64,000 nucleotides of DNA, from positions 5,347 through 69,346 of the forward strand of contig CAJULP010000088.1 in assembly GCA_910587295.1 (NCBI GenBank). The letters are read 5' to 3'. Shown piece after piece: positions 46,164 through 56,004 of this stretch; the stretch's first letter is position 1, and each line of letters starts with the position of its first letter. Source of the DNA: an uncultured Lachnospiraceae bacterium. Its GTDB lineage: Bacteria; Bacillota; Clostridia; Lachnospirales; Lachnospiraceae. Made by a program: the position numbers and the translations under genes. The notes under the pieces are model-generated. The model saw only the letters and a program-made list of their open reading frames with translations, ran no database searches and had not been told where the DNA came from.

Positions 46164-47424
46164 ATCTAGGTATCATAGCTGAAAAGAAACAATAGCCATC
46201 TTCAAATTTTATACTGCTTATCCCGTGGTTTCTCCGTACCACACTTTCTACATTTGTCAATCCGATCCCGTGGTCTTTCCGGTTTTTCTTAGAAGATAAC
46301 ACCTTACCCTTATGTATTTCCGGCACACTCTGTACCGGGTTTTTAACAGATAAGATCAAATTTTCTTTTTCCATCACCATTTTAAATTGGATCATCTTAT
46401 TTTCGGTTAATTTCCGACAAGCTTCAACCGCATTATCCAGCAAATTAGAGAGCAGGACTACCAGGTCTTCCTTTGCCATGACAAGGCCCGACAGGTCATT
46501 AACGGATATTATCATGGTGATTCCGTTTTCCTGCGCATATTGGTACTTCTGATTTAGGATCACATTCACGATCACATGATTTGTGTCCACATAATCCGTG
46601 CTTTTCCAGATGCCGCCGGTCAGATCCCTGATATAGTCAATTGCTTCCTGTGTCTTCTCATTTTCCAAAAGACCCTGTATGCAGCCTAACTGATTTTTAT
46701 AATCATGCATATAGGTCTGCTGCTGCCTGTAATTCTGCTCCATACTCTGGTACAGGCTCATCTGGCTGCGGATCAGTTCATTTTCCATCCGCACGCTCTG
46801 TACATAAGAATCTTTTAATAGAACGTACACAATGAAATAGAAGATCAGGATGCTTACTATACAAAACCCTATGATAAAAAGAAATTGGATATTATAATCA
46901 ATTTTTCTATTCTCCATTCCCATGATCATCAGGATTATAATGCTGAATAATGGAAAAAAACCAAAATATACCCATCTTTTTCTGCGTACAACACTTAATT
47001 TCCCTTTACACTTATAAGAAAAAAGCATCATGGCAAAAAGAAGTATGCTGCACCAGACCGGATCTAATATATTTTCTATTATTTCCCCAGGAATCCGCAA
47101 AATATAGAAAGCAGATACAACAATGGAGGCAAAAACCCAGACAATCCCACAGAAAAATACGGACAGCACCAGATTATGCGTCCATGTTACAGAATAATAT
47201 ATCTGCCCGGCCATCCAGACAATAACGATGACCCGGATCGGCATAAAAACATAAGGCGGGATAGGAGACACGGCAATGAACCAAAATCCAAACACAAATG
47301 CCATAATCGATGTATGTTCCATCCATGAACGCTTCATTTTCCGTCTGGGCAGGATTGCTTCGTAATATTCCCTGCAGCTGATTCCCAACATGATCGATAA
47401 AATCAGGCTCTTTAGATATATCAT
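46162..47424 (-). CDS. AgrC/ComD-like (HPK10, GHKL) membrane sensor histidine kinase
   Basis: There are about 6-7 TM helices, the H-box MHDYKNQL, and the GHKL C-terminus LSNLLDNAVEA ... HGIGLTNV. Confidence 0.8.
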   Translation of the reverse strand: MIYLKSLILSIMLGISCREYYEAILPRRKMKRSWMEHTSIMAFVFGFWFIAVSPIPPYVFMPIRVIVIVWMAGQIYYSVTWTHNLVLSVFFCGIVWVFASIVVSAFYILRIPGEIIENILDPVWCSILLFAMMLFSYKCKGKLSVVRRKRWVYFGFFPLFSIIILMIMGMENRKIDYNIQFLFIIGFCIVSILIFYFIVYVLLKDSYVQSVRMENELIRSQMSLYQSMEQNYRQQQTYMHDYKNQLGCIQGLLENEKTQEAIDYIRDLTGGIWKSTDYVDTNHVIVNVILNQKYQYAQENGITMIISVNDLSGLVMAKEDLVVLLSNLLDNAVEACRKLTENKMIQFKMVMEKENLILSVKNPVQSVPEIHKGKVLSSKKNRKDHGIGLTNVESVVRRNHGISSIKFEDGYCFFSAMIPR

Positions 47425-48134
47425 AATAATCCTTTATATTCTACGAATTTCTGCTTTACTGCCTGATACCTGATTCTGGGTACAGGCAGTTCTTCTCCGG
47501 TACTTAATTCTACCACATAGTTATTTATCCTGTAGATATGCCGCATATTGACCAGATAACTTTTATGGATTCGTAAAAATCCATAAGGTATCAGTTTTTT
47601 TTCAATATGATCCAGTTTTTCATACATATGATAAACTGTAAGGTTTTTCTCTTGATACAAAAAGATCAGTTTGTGTTTTTCACTCTCCACATACAATAAA
47701 TTATCTGTATATAACTTTTTTTCCCCTTCCATGAAAGAAAAGCTTACCTGCCGGATTTCCATCTTTCTAAGGATCGCATCCATACATTCCGGGATTGCGG
47801 TATTTAACACATCTTTCATAATATAGCGGACCGCATCCACCTTATACCCATCCAAGACATATTTAATAAATGCTGTCACAAACACAATATATGTGTTGGT
47901 ATGAAATGCTCGGATTTTTTTCGCTGTTTCAATCCCGTCCGTCTGATCCATATTGATATCCATAAATACGATATCATATTTAACAGAATTTTCACTTTGC
48001 GCCAAAAACTCTTCCCCGGAACAGTAAATCTCTATACTGCTATCAAGCTGGTGATCTGACAGGTACTTATTAAGCAGCTCTTTCAATTTATCCCTATAAA
48101 ATTTTTCATCATCGCAGACAGCTATTTTCAGCAT
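47421..48134 (-). CDS. LytTR-family response regulator
   Basis: The receiver domain has AVCDDE and VFMDINM. The LytTR C-terminus is FLRIHKSYLVNMRHI. Confidence 0.88.
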   Translation of the reverse strand: MLKIAVCDDEKFYRDKLKELLNKYLSDHQLDSSIEIYCSGEEFLAQSENSVKYDIVFMDINMDQTDGIETAKKIRAFHTNTYIVFVTAFIKYVLDGYKVDAVRYIMKDVLNTAIPECMDAILRKMEIRQVSFSFMEGEKKLYTDNLLYVESEKHKLIFLYQEKNLTVYHMYEKLDHIEKKLIPYGFLRIHKSYLVNMRHIYRINNYVVELSTGEELPVPRIRYQAVKQKFVEYKGLL

Positions 48135-48143
48135 ACCTATTTT

Positions 48144-49643
48144 TTATCCTTGTTTCCACTCTAATTCTTCAAATTCTGCCCACTTTCCGTCCTCATCAAC
48201 AGCATACAATCCCATCAACACACCGGTAAACCCGCCTGCCACCTCAGAGGACAGATATTTTGTTCTTGCGCTTCCAAGGAACTTCTTTTCCCCATCTACC
48301 ATACAGTAAAACTCGTACCGATCCGGATTGGAAACCACCGAAAATTCCACCTTTTCCATTCCTTCCGGCAGATCAACCGTATTGGCTATGCAGGCTGCAT
48401 CCCCGATGCGAAGCCGTAAAGCAGCCTTCCGCACACCTTTTTCCTGTACCAGCGAAAGATCATAATGCTGATTTTCATCCATGTAAAAAGTGATGCCGGC
48501 TTCCTTAGCTTCTCCTGAAACTGCCACATTAAGGCAGGTATGAAACTCTGACTGCCTGATTCCTGCAAACGTAGGGGTATCCGCCTCATCTAATGTGATC
48601 TTCGTTCCCTTAAGCTTAAGCCCCTTACCGGTAAACTGATAGTTTTCCTTATGGTAATCCCGAAGATAACTCCACCGCAGATCGTCCGCCCCTGTATTTT
48701 CAAAAGATACCTGATACATATCCATGTCCTGCTGCCCGTTCAAATCCACATCCATCCACTCTGTCACAATGCCCTGTTCTCCGGCGCTAAACCATCCATC
48801 TTCCTGCCAGTTGACCGGCGCAAGAAATACTTCCCTTCCCAGATGATGGTAAGGCTGCCACTCCCCGCTCTGACGGAATCCCAGACAGACAATATAATAA
48901 TTTCCCTTTTTATCCCGAATCAGATCCCCATGTCCGATCCCCTGAATCAGACTTTGGTTTCCCCCTAAATTGCGGTTTGTAAGCACAGGATTGCCCTGAT
49001 ACCCATCAAAGGGTCCAAAAGGCTCCCGGCTTCTGGCATAAGTAATCATATGCCCGTATTCCGTGCCGCCTTCTGCCGCCATCATATAATACCAGTCACC
49101 GATATGGTACAGATGGGGAGACTCCAAATACCGGCCGCCGCTGCCACCCCATACAGGAATGCTTTCCGTCAGCTTTTCTCCGGTCTTGATATCAATCTCA
49201 CACTGCAGGATACAGCCTTTTCCTTCTGCGTCATTTCCGTTACTTGTGAAATATACCTTCCCATTATCAAACAAAAGAGACGGATCTATCCCTTCCTGAT
49301 CCACAAAAATAGGTTCTGACCACTCCCCTTTGATATCATCGGTATAAATATAAAAGTTCTTTCCAAAAGTATTGTTATTGGTCACCATATAAAAGATTCC
49401 CTCATGATAACGCAATGTAGGCGCAAATACACCGCCGGAACTTGGCACCTTGTGAAGTTCTACCTGTGTGGTTCTGGTCAGAGCGTTTGCCACCTGCTTC
49501 CAGTTCACCAGATCTTCACTTTCAAAAACCGGTACACCGGGAAGATACTGGAAGGAACTGCATGCAATATAATATTTTCCTTCTGCTTCACAGATGCTGG
49601 GATCAGGATAAAATCCCCTTATGATCGGATTATGTATTTTCAT
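48144..49643 (-). CDS. Glycoside hydrolase family 43 (beta-xylosidase/alpha-L-arabinofuranosidase type)
   Basis: NPIIRGFYPDPSI is the hallmark GH43 N-terminus carrying the catalytic Asp. It has a five-bladed-propeller length plus a C-terminal beta-sandwich. Confidence 0.85.
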   Translation of the reverse strand: MKIHNPIIRGFYPDPSICEAEGKYYIACSSFQYLPGVPVFESEDLVNWKQVANALTRTTQVELHKVPSSGGVFAPTLRYHEGIFYMVTNNNTFGKNFYIYTDDIKGEWSEPIFVDQEGIDPSLLFDNGKVYFTSNGNDAEGKGCILQCEIDIKTGEKLTESIPVWGGSGGRYLESPHLYHIGDWYYMMAAEGGTEYGHMITYARSREPFGPFDGYQGNPVLTNRNLGGNQSLIQGIGHGDLIRDKKGNYYIVCLGFRQSGEWQPYHHLGREVFLAPVNWQEDGWFSAGEQGIVTEWMDVDLNGQQDMDMYQVSFENTGADDLRWSYLRDYHKENYQFTGKGLKLKGTKITLDEADTPTFAGIRQSEFHTCLNVAVSGEAKEAGITFYMDENQHYDLSLVQEKGVRKAALRLRIGDAACIANTVDLPEGMEKVEFSVVSNPDRYEFYCMVDGEKKFLGSARTKYLSSEVAGGFTGVLMGLYAVDEDGKWAEFEELEWKQG

Positions 49644-51670
49644 GATAACCTCCTCTTTAAAATAACGACTCCGGCTTTATCTAACGTCACTCGGTCACCA
49701 GCCTGATACTCTTTACCGGTAAGCAGATCTTTGCCGCCATTTTCCAATATCACGTTCACCGTATTACCCCTGTGATTGAGTAAAAACAGGAAGTTCCCGT
49801 TTTCATTTTCACGTACTGTCGCTTCCACCCCTTCCGGCGTATTAGCTGCCGGCTCTATAGAAAGTTCCCCGCACACATCTCTCAGAAAATCCGTGTAAAA
49901 CTCTTCACTGGAACGGGCAGCCACATAATAAGCTTTTCCTTCCCCAAACTTATTTTCCGTAAGGACCGGCATTCCCTCATAAAAGTCCTTTTCATAATTC
50001 GCAAGCGCTTTAGCACCCTGTAAATGGAGTAAGTCGCATAACACCCCTGCCGGATAGGTCTTTTCGTTATAGGTAAACAGGTTTGATTCCTCCGGCGGAA
50101 TGGCATCAGACTCCTCAACCCAGATTCCCAAGATATCCTTAAGTCTTCCCGGATAACCACCGGTAACAACAAGATCATGGTCCTCCACGTAACCGCTGAA
50201 ATACGTAGTAAGAAAAACGCCGCCCTGCTTTACAAAACTGCGGACTTTTTCATCAAAACCATCCTTACACATATATAAAAGGGGTGCGATCACCAGTTTA
50301 TAGGAAGACAGATCATCCGTTACGCCAACAAGATCCACAGAAATATTCCGCTCATGCAATGCCTTGTAATACTGCATCACTTCCTGATTATAGTTGATCA
50401 ATTTGCTTGGGCCTGCGGAATATTCTGCCGCCCACCAGTTATCCCAGTCAAACACGATCGCCACCTGGGATTTTGCCCTGGCCCCCAAAAGTGCACTGCC
50501 AAGCTGTCCAAGTTCCTTACCAAGTTCCGCAATCTCCTTAAATACCCTTGTATTTTCATTCCCCACATGATCGATCACAGCGCCATGATATTTCTCGCAG
50601 GCTCCAATACTCCTTCTCATCTGGAAAAACATGATCGTGTCCGCACCATGGGCCGCAGCCTGATAACTCCAAAGCCGCATTACGCCTGGCCTTTTTAACT
50701 TACAGTAAATATGCCAGTTTGTCACGCTGGGAGTCTGCTCCATCAGGGCAAAGGGTTTCCCCTGCTTTAACCCTCTCATCAGATCATGACTGAAAGCGAC
50801 TTGTGCCGGAGTTCCGTCATAGGCAGGATAATTGTCCCATGACACAAAGTCCATGTAGTTTGCCCATTTTTGATAATCCAAAACCTTATACGCTCCCATC
50901 AGGTTAGTAGTAACAGGGATATCCGGCGTATATTTTTTCACGGCTTCATATTCCAGACGGTAACACTCTAATATACTGTCTGAATTAAAACGATTATAAT
51001 CTAAAGAAATGCCTTGGAAATTTGTGCGTCCGTCACCGCCCCAGTCAAACTCCTCAGACCTAAGATCCGGAACCACCACATCGTCAAAATCATAAAGGGT
51101 ATGGCCCCAAAAGGACATATTCCATGCCTTATTCAGCTCATCAATGGTTCCATACTTTTCTTTCAGCCAGCTGCGGAAAGCTTTTTCACAATTATCACAA
51201 TAACATGTGCCGCCATATTCATTGGAAATATGCCACGATACAACATTGTCATAACCCTGATAGCGCTCCGCCAGCTTTTCAGCCAGCGCCACGGAATATT
51301 TCCGGTAAGTAGGGGAATTAGGACAGGAATTATGTCTGCTGCCAAATTTTCTCCTGATACCGTTATGCTCTGTCCTTAAGATATCAGGATGTTTTCTTGC
51401 CATCCACGCCGGATGAGCTGCCGTAGAAGTGGCAAGACAGACCTTAAGGCCATTTTCCCTGACCAGATCCATGATCTTGTCCAGTCTGGAAAAATCATAA
51501 ATCTCATCATCCTTCTGCAGACTGGCCCAGCTAAACACATTTAAAGTGACCACATCGATATTAGCCAGTTTAAACATTCTCATATCTTCCTGCCAGATTT
51601 CCTCCGGCCATTGCTCGGGATTATAATCCCCTCCATACAAAATCTTTTGTACTTTTTTACTTTCTATCAT
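49640..51670 (-). CDS. Glycoside hydrolase family 42 beta-galactosidase
   Basis: It has GGDYNPEQWPEE, WHISNEYGG (acid/base Glu region) and the Cys cluster CYCDNC. The ~676-aa length is typical. Confidence 0.88.
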   Translation of the reverse strand: MIESKKVQKILYGGDYNPEQWPEEIWQEDMRMFKLANIDVVTLNVFSWASLQKDDEIYDFSRLDKIMDLVRENGLKVCLATSTAAHPAWMARKHPDILRTEHNGIRRKFGSRHNSCPNSPTYRKYSVALAEKLAERYQGYDNVVSWHISNEYGGTCYCDNCEKAFRSWLKEKYGTIDELNKAWNMSFWGHTLYDFDDVVVPDLRSEEFDWGGDGRTNFQGISLDYNRFNSDSILECYRLEYEAVKKYTPDIPVTTNLMGAYKVLDYQKWANYMDFVSWDNYPAYDGTPAQVAFSHDLMRGLKQGKPFALMEQTPSVTNWHIYCKLKRPGVMRLWSYQAAAHGADTIMFFQMRRSIGACEKYHGAVIDHVGNENTRVFKEIAELGKELGQLGSALLGARAKSQVAIVFDWDNWWAAEYSAGPSKLINYNQEVMQYYKALHERNISVDLVGVTDDLSSYKLVIAPLLYMCKDGFDEKVRSFVKQGGVFLTTYFSGYVEDHDLVVTGGYPGRLKDILGIWVEESDAIPPEESNLFTYNEKTYPAGVLCDLLHLQGAKALANYEKDFYEGMPVLTENKFGEGKAYYVAARSSEEFYTDFLRDVCGELSIEPAANTPEGVEATVRENENGNFLFLLNHRGNTVNVILENGGKDLLTGKEYQAGDRVTLDKAGVVILKRRLS

Positions 51671-51686
51671 TTCGTTATCCCTTTCT

Positions 51687-53432
51687 TTATTTATGATTAT
51701 TTTGATATCTTTCTACCGTTTCACATCTTGCCTTTTCCCTTCCCATGGAAACTTCCATATCACGGGCAAGTATTTCTTCATATCCTAAACTTATGGCCTC
51801 TGCCTGCATTTCCTTTAACAGGGAATAAAATTCTTCTTCATCTTCTGCAAAGACCATATCCCAGGAATATTTCTGTATCACACCCCGACATTGCTTTCGG
51901 ATTGCCGTTTCTTCCACTGTTTCTGCCGGAATTACATATCCACAGCCTGGTGAAACGATCAGCTTATTGTGATCAATCAGATAATCCAATGTGGTTTCCG
52001 CCTTCATTTTCTCTCTCCAATCCGCATCTAACTGTGTATTGTTTAATTCATCAAGAGAATCCCACATTTTATATGAATAAAAATAACCTTGCTCATCTAT
52101 TTCACATTTTGTCACCGGCATAAAATTCAGCATGGAGATTCCGTCTTTCCAGCTTCCTCCTCCCCATTCCTCCGGCACCTGAGTATCTCCTTCCAGTAAT
52201 GCCATCTTCCCAAATTCTGTAAGATAAGGACCTTCTTCCCCGTACTCCCAGCAAAGGCCTTGCAGTCCTGCCGTATCCGCCATACCGTTTACGCTGTTAG
52301 CGGCAATCCCTTCCGGGGAATACAGCCAATTGATGAAGTCTACCATCCGTTCCGGATCCTTTGTCTGCGACCCCACTCCCACGATAGTCTTATAATTCCC
52401 ATCCCCGCTGCATCCGTAAGAATAGATCTGCATATCTGAAATATCCGCCATCATAAAACCTTTTCCGGCTTTTTTATTTGAGATTGTATTATAGTACTGC
52501 TGTGCCACCCAGGGCCAGGGAGAATAAAGAATCTGCCCTTTTTTATATTTTTCCACAAGCCCCTGAAAATTTAATGTGGGGGATTCCGGATCCACCAGCC
52601 CCATTTGATTTGCGTCAAAATACCATTTTAAAACCCTGATATAAAGTGAATCACTATCAATGATACTTTGGTAATCACTGCTGTCAGCCTTCACAAGGAC
52701 AAACCCACTCTCGTCATAACCATAAAAACAACAGGGCTGTTTCCCTGCATTCATCATGTTTGCGTCCCAATCCCGGAAAAAAGAAAATGCATATGTCTTT
52801 TCTCCCGTTTCCGTAACCGGACAAAGCTCCTGCATCTGTTTTAAAACCGGGAGCAGGTCTTCTAAGGTATTGATCGGAGGATATCCTAATTCCGCATACA
52901 GATCCCAGCGGATATACGGTCCATAAGTAGGTTCCTTGCTTTCACTTGGAACAGTAGGCGCATTGGAGGAAAGTTCCGTAGGAATCGCAAACAGTCCTTC
53001 CGGGGTTATCGATTTATTTACATTCCTGATCGCTGTTTCAAAACGCATAATATCTTTTCCCTGCAGATACGGTTCTATATCCATGATAAGGCCGGATGTC
53101 ACCATGTTCTGCAGTTCCTGCCTCTCGCCGCTGAATATGACGATATCCCCCAGATTTCCTGCCGCACAGCGAATCTCAAATAAAGTATCTCCGCCTCCTG
53201 CCACATTGGGAGCAATGATATTTAACTCCATATTAAACTTGTCCTTCACCAGTTTAGCAAACCATCCCGACTGAATCCCCTGATAATTAGCAAGCCCGTC
53301 AAAAACATCCACCACTAAAAATTCTTCATAAGGGCATTTTTCTTCCTCAAACTCGGAAAAAGCGCCACATCCGCAAGCCAAAAGAGTGATCAATAACAAT
53401 AGCGCCACCAATTTTCCAGAAAGTCTTTTCAT
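51687..53432 (-). CDS. Large extracellular solute-binding lipoprotein (LplA/YesO-like) without adjacent permeases
   Basis: The lipobox is LLACGCG. The ~580-aa size and the pattern match the large family-1 SBP type. Confidence 0.7.
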   Translation of the reverse strand: MKRLSGKLVALLLLITLLACGCGAFSEFEEEKCPYEEFLVVDVFDGLANYQGIQSGWFAKLVKDKFNMELNIIAPNVAGGGDTLFEIRCAAGNLGDIVIFSGERQELQNMVTSGLIMDIEPYLQGKDIMRFETAIRNVNKSITPEGLFAIPTELSSNAPTVPSESKEPTYGPYIRWDLYAELGYPPINTLEDLLPVLKQMQELCPVTETGEKTYAFSFFRDWDANMMNAGKQPCCFYGYDESGFVLVKADSSDYQSIIDSDSLYIRVLKWYFDANQMGLVDPESPTLNFQGLVEKYKKGQILYSPWPWVAQQYYNTISNKKAGKGFMMADISDMQIYSYGCSGDGNYKTIVGVGSQTKDPERMVDFINWLYSPEGIAANSVNGMADTAGLQGLCWEYGEEGPYLTEFGKMALLEGDTQVPEEWGGGSWKDGISMLNFMPVTKCEIDEQGYFYSYKMWDSLDELNNTQLDADWREKMKAETTLDYLIDHNKLIVSPGCGYVIPAETVEETAIRKQCRGVIQKYSWDMVFAEDEEEFYSLLKEMQAEAISLGYEEILARDMEVSMGREKARCETVERYQNNHK

Positions 53433-53565
53433 TTCTTTTCCTCTTTATATTCCCAATGTAAAAGCATATGCATGTGCCATGCTTATGCATATTCTATCAT
53501 ACAATCCTATGAACAGATACAAATAAATTTACAGTAATTTACCGTTGAAATTATATATTGTTACA

Positions 53566-53594
53566 TTGACAATCCAATTTTCCTCTTCTATACT
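53566..53594 (+). promoter_or_regulatory. Near-consensus sigma-A promoter TTGACA, 17 nt, TATACT
   Basis: TTGACA lies at 53566-53571 and TATACT at 53589-53594, 37 nt upstream of the ATG at 53632. Confidence 0.55.
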
Positions 53595-53631
53595 AAAATA
53601 CATAATTATTTATGCAGAGAAAGGAATATAA

Positions 53632-55227
53632 ATGGAGACAGTACTGATTGCAGATGATGAACAAAACATCCGTGAAGGTTTAAAATATATTCTTGACTGG
53701 AAACAGATTGGATTTGAGATCATTGGCGAAACAGCCAACGGTGATGATACACTTTCTTTTATTTTAAAGCAAAATCCAAGTCTGGTTCTTCTTGACATTC
53801 GTATGCCCAAAATGTATGGAACGGAAATCATTAAAATAGCTAGGGAAAATGGATTTAAAGGAAAGTTTATCATTTTAAGCGGATATTCCGACTTTACCTA
53901 TGCCCAGACTGCTATCCGTTATGGAGCCAGTTTTTACCTCACCAAACCAATTGATGAGGATGAACTTCTTGCCTCTGTTTCAAAAGTAAAAAAGGAACTG
54001 GAAACGGAACATTCCAAGCTGGATAATATCCAGATTCTGAAGTCAAAGGCTAAAAATGTTATTCTCCATGAGATCATTACAGGCGCCTATGACTTTTCCG
54101 TATCAAAATCCTTAACGAAAAACGAATTAGAAGAAATGAACCTTGTGGCGGATATTTATCAAGTTGTCATTTACGAAAAATTCAGTACAAATCCAGATGA
54201 TGCAAGTTATAGTTTTGCGGATCTTTTAAAAATTACAAACAAAGGAAACCATACCTTTGAACATTTCAAGGAAGACGGAAATGAGGTCATACTGTTAAAA
54301 GGCAGCTTTGCCCTCTCTAAATTCCAAAACTTTTTGTCTCACTACGAACAAAATCCTCCCCAGCCCGGCAGTCCCCTCGATTCCCTTTTTCTTGCTTATG
54401 GACAGCCTGTCAACGATCTGGACAAAATATATTTATCCTACGAAGAAGCATCTACTCTTTTACAGCGCAGGTTTTTTTGTATCCAGGGTCAGCATACCCT
54501 TGGATTTGATGAGCTCCCAGAAATACAAAAGCAAAATATGGAAATCACCAATGATAAAGCCGATGAATATTACAATACCCTTACGGAATATCTGATGGCA
54601 TTTAACAGGAAAAAGGTAGCGGAAACTCTTTTTGATTTAGAAGAGTTTGTTTATAATGTGAAAAACGATATTGTTTCCGTCAGGTTATTTTTGACCGACC
54701 TTTACCTGCGCATTAAAGAAAAAATCAATCATACATACGGTTCTTTGGAAATTTCTTTCCCTACCAACGGGGAAGCAATTGATCACATTGAAAATTGTCA
54801 TTATTTATATGAGATCATTTTATTCATTTCCGAGCAGACGGAAAAAGTTTTCAATGCTTCCGGAAATTCTTTTAAAAGCACTAATATATTAGATGATATA
54901 TTTTATTACATTGACCACAATTTCCAAAACAATATTAAGTTGGAAAATATAGCGCCATTATTCGGGTATAACAGCGCTTATTTAGGAAAGATATTTACCA
55001 AAACCGCAGGCGAAAGCTTTAATTCCTATATCGACCATAAACGGATCGATCATTCCAAGGAACTATTAAAAGAAAACCGCCTGAAGGTATATGAGATTTC
55101 TGAAAAGGTAGGATATAAAAACGTTGATTATTTTCACAAAAAGTTTAAAAAATATGTGGGGGTGAGTCCTGCCGAATACCGTAAAAATATACTGGATTCC
55201 ATTTTACCCCCCCCCGAGCATAATTGA
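53632..55227 (+). CDS. Response regulator with AraC-type HTH output (YesN-like)
   Basis: The receiver domain has IADDE, LLDIRMP and TKPI. The C-terminal AraC HTH is LENIAPLFGYNSAYLGKIFTK ... ISEKVGYKNVDYFHKKFKKYVGVSPAEYR. Confidence 0.88.
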   Translation: METVLIADDEQNIREGLKYILDWKQIGFEIIGETANGDDTLSFILKQNPSLVLLDIRMPKMYGTEIIKIARENGFKGKFIILSGYSDFTYAQTAIRYGASFYLTKPIDEDELLASVSKVKKELETEHSKLDNIQILKSKAKNVILHEIITGAYDFSVSKSLTKNELEEMNLVADIYQVVIYEKFSTNPDDASYSFADLLKITNKGNHTFEHFKEDGNEVILLKGSFALSKFQNFLSHYEQNPPQPGSPLDSLFLAYGQPVNDLDKIYLSYEEASTLLQRRFFCIQGQHTLGFDELPEIQKQNMEITNDKADEYYNTLTEYLMAFNRKKVAETLFDLEEFVYNVKNDIVSVRLFLTDLYLRIKEKINHTYGSLEISFPTNGEAIDHIENCHYLYEIILFISEQTEKVFNASGNSFKSTNILDDIFYYIDHNFQNNIKLENIAPLFGYNSAYLGKIFTKTAGESFNSYIDHKRIDHSKELLKENRLKVYEISEKVGYKNVDYFHKKFKKYVGVSPAEYRKNILDSILPPPEHN

Positions 55228-55254
55228 GTATTTTTTAATTTTTATTAAAAATTC

Positions 55255-55298
55255 AATATTCAGGGTCAACCATCACGAAATGATTGACCCTGAATATT
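55255..55298. terminator. Bidirectional terminator hairpin between convergent genes
   Basis: The 15-bp stem AATATTCAGGGTCAA (55255-55269) pairs with TTGACCCTGAATATT (55284-55298), with an A/T run 5' of it. It overlaps the araD stop codon. Confidence 0.7.
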
Positions 55299-55992
55299 AG
55301 TTCTGCCCGTAATAAGCATTTTCCCCGTGTTTCCTAAAATAATGCTTATCCTGCAGTTCACCCGGCGCCGGCCAAACCTTAGGGTTAATGATTTCCGTCC
55401 GGTACGCCATCTTCGCCACTTCCTCAAGGACAACCGCATTGTGGACTGCGTCCATAGCATCCTTACCCCATGCAAAAGGGCCATGGTTCTTACAAAGGAC
55501 TGCCGGAACTGCCATGGGATTCCTGCCCATCCTTAAAAATTCATTGACAATCAGATGGCCGGTATTTTCCTCATAAGCCTCCTCAATTTCTTCTTTTGTC
55601 AAACACCGCAGACAGGGAACTTCCCCATAAATATAATCTGCATGGGTCGTACCATAGCAGGGAATCCCCCTGCCGGCCTGCGCCCAGCTTGTGGCATAGG
55701 AAGAATGGGTATGTACGATACCGCCAACCTCAGGAAATGCTTTGTAAAGCTCCAAATGGGTAGGGGTATCGGATGAGGGTTTAAAACGCCCTTCTATTTT
55801 ATTTCCCTGCAAGTCCATCACTACCATATCTTCCGAGGTCAGCTTCTCATAATCAACGCCGCTTGGCTTTATTACAAACAACCCGCTTTCCTTGTCAATC
55901 CCACTTACATTTCCCCATGTAAAAGTTACTAACCCGTAACGGGGCAGTTCCATATTTGCTTCGTAAACCTGTTTTTTTAATTCCTCTAACAT
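55297..55992 (-). CDS. araD: L-ribulose-5-phosphate 4-epimerase
   Basis: It has the class II aldolase/adducin fold. [18 protein letters not shown] and VHTHSSYAT are typical of AraD, as is the 231-aa length. Confidence 0.85.
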   Translation of the reverse strand: MLEELKKQVYEANMELPRYGLVTFTWGNVSGIDKESGLFVIKPSGVDYEKLTSEDMVVMDLQGNKIEGRFKPSSDTPTHLELYKAFPEVGGIVHTHSSYATSWAQAGRGIPCYGTTHADYIYGEVPCLRCLTKEEIEEAYEENTGHLIVNEFLRMGRNPMAVPAVLCKNHGPFAWGKDAMDAVHNAVVLEEVAKMAYRTEIINPKVWPAPGELQDKHYFRKHGENAYYGQN

Positions 55993-56004
55993 AATCTATT
56001 CCCC

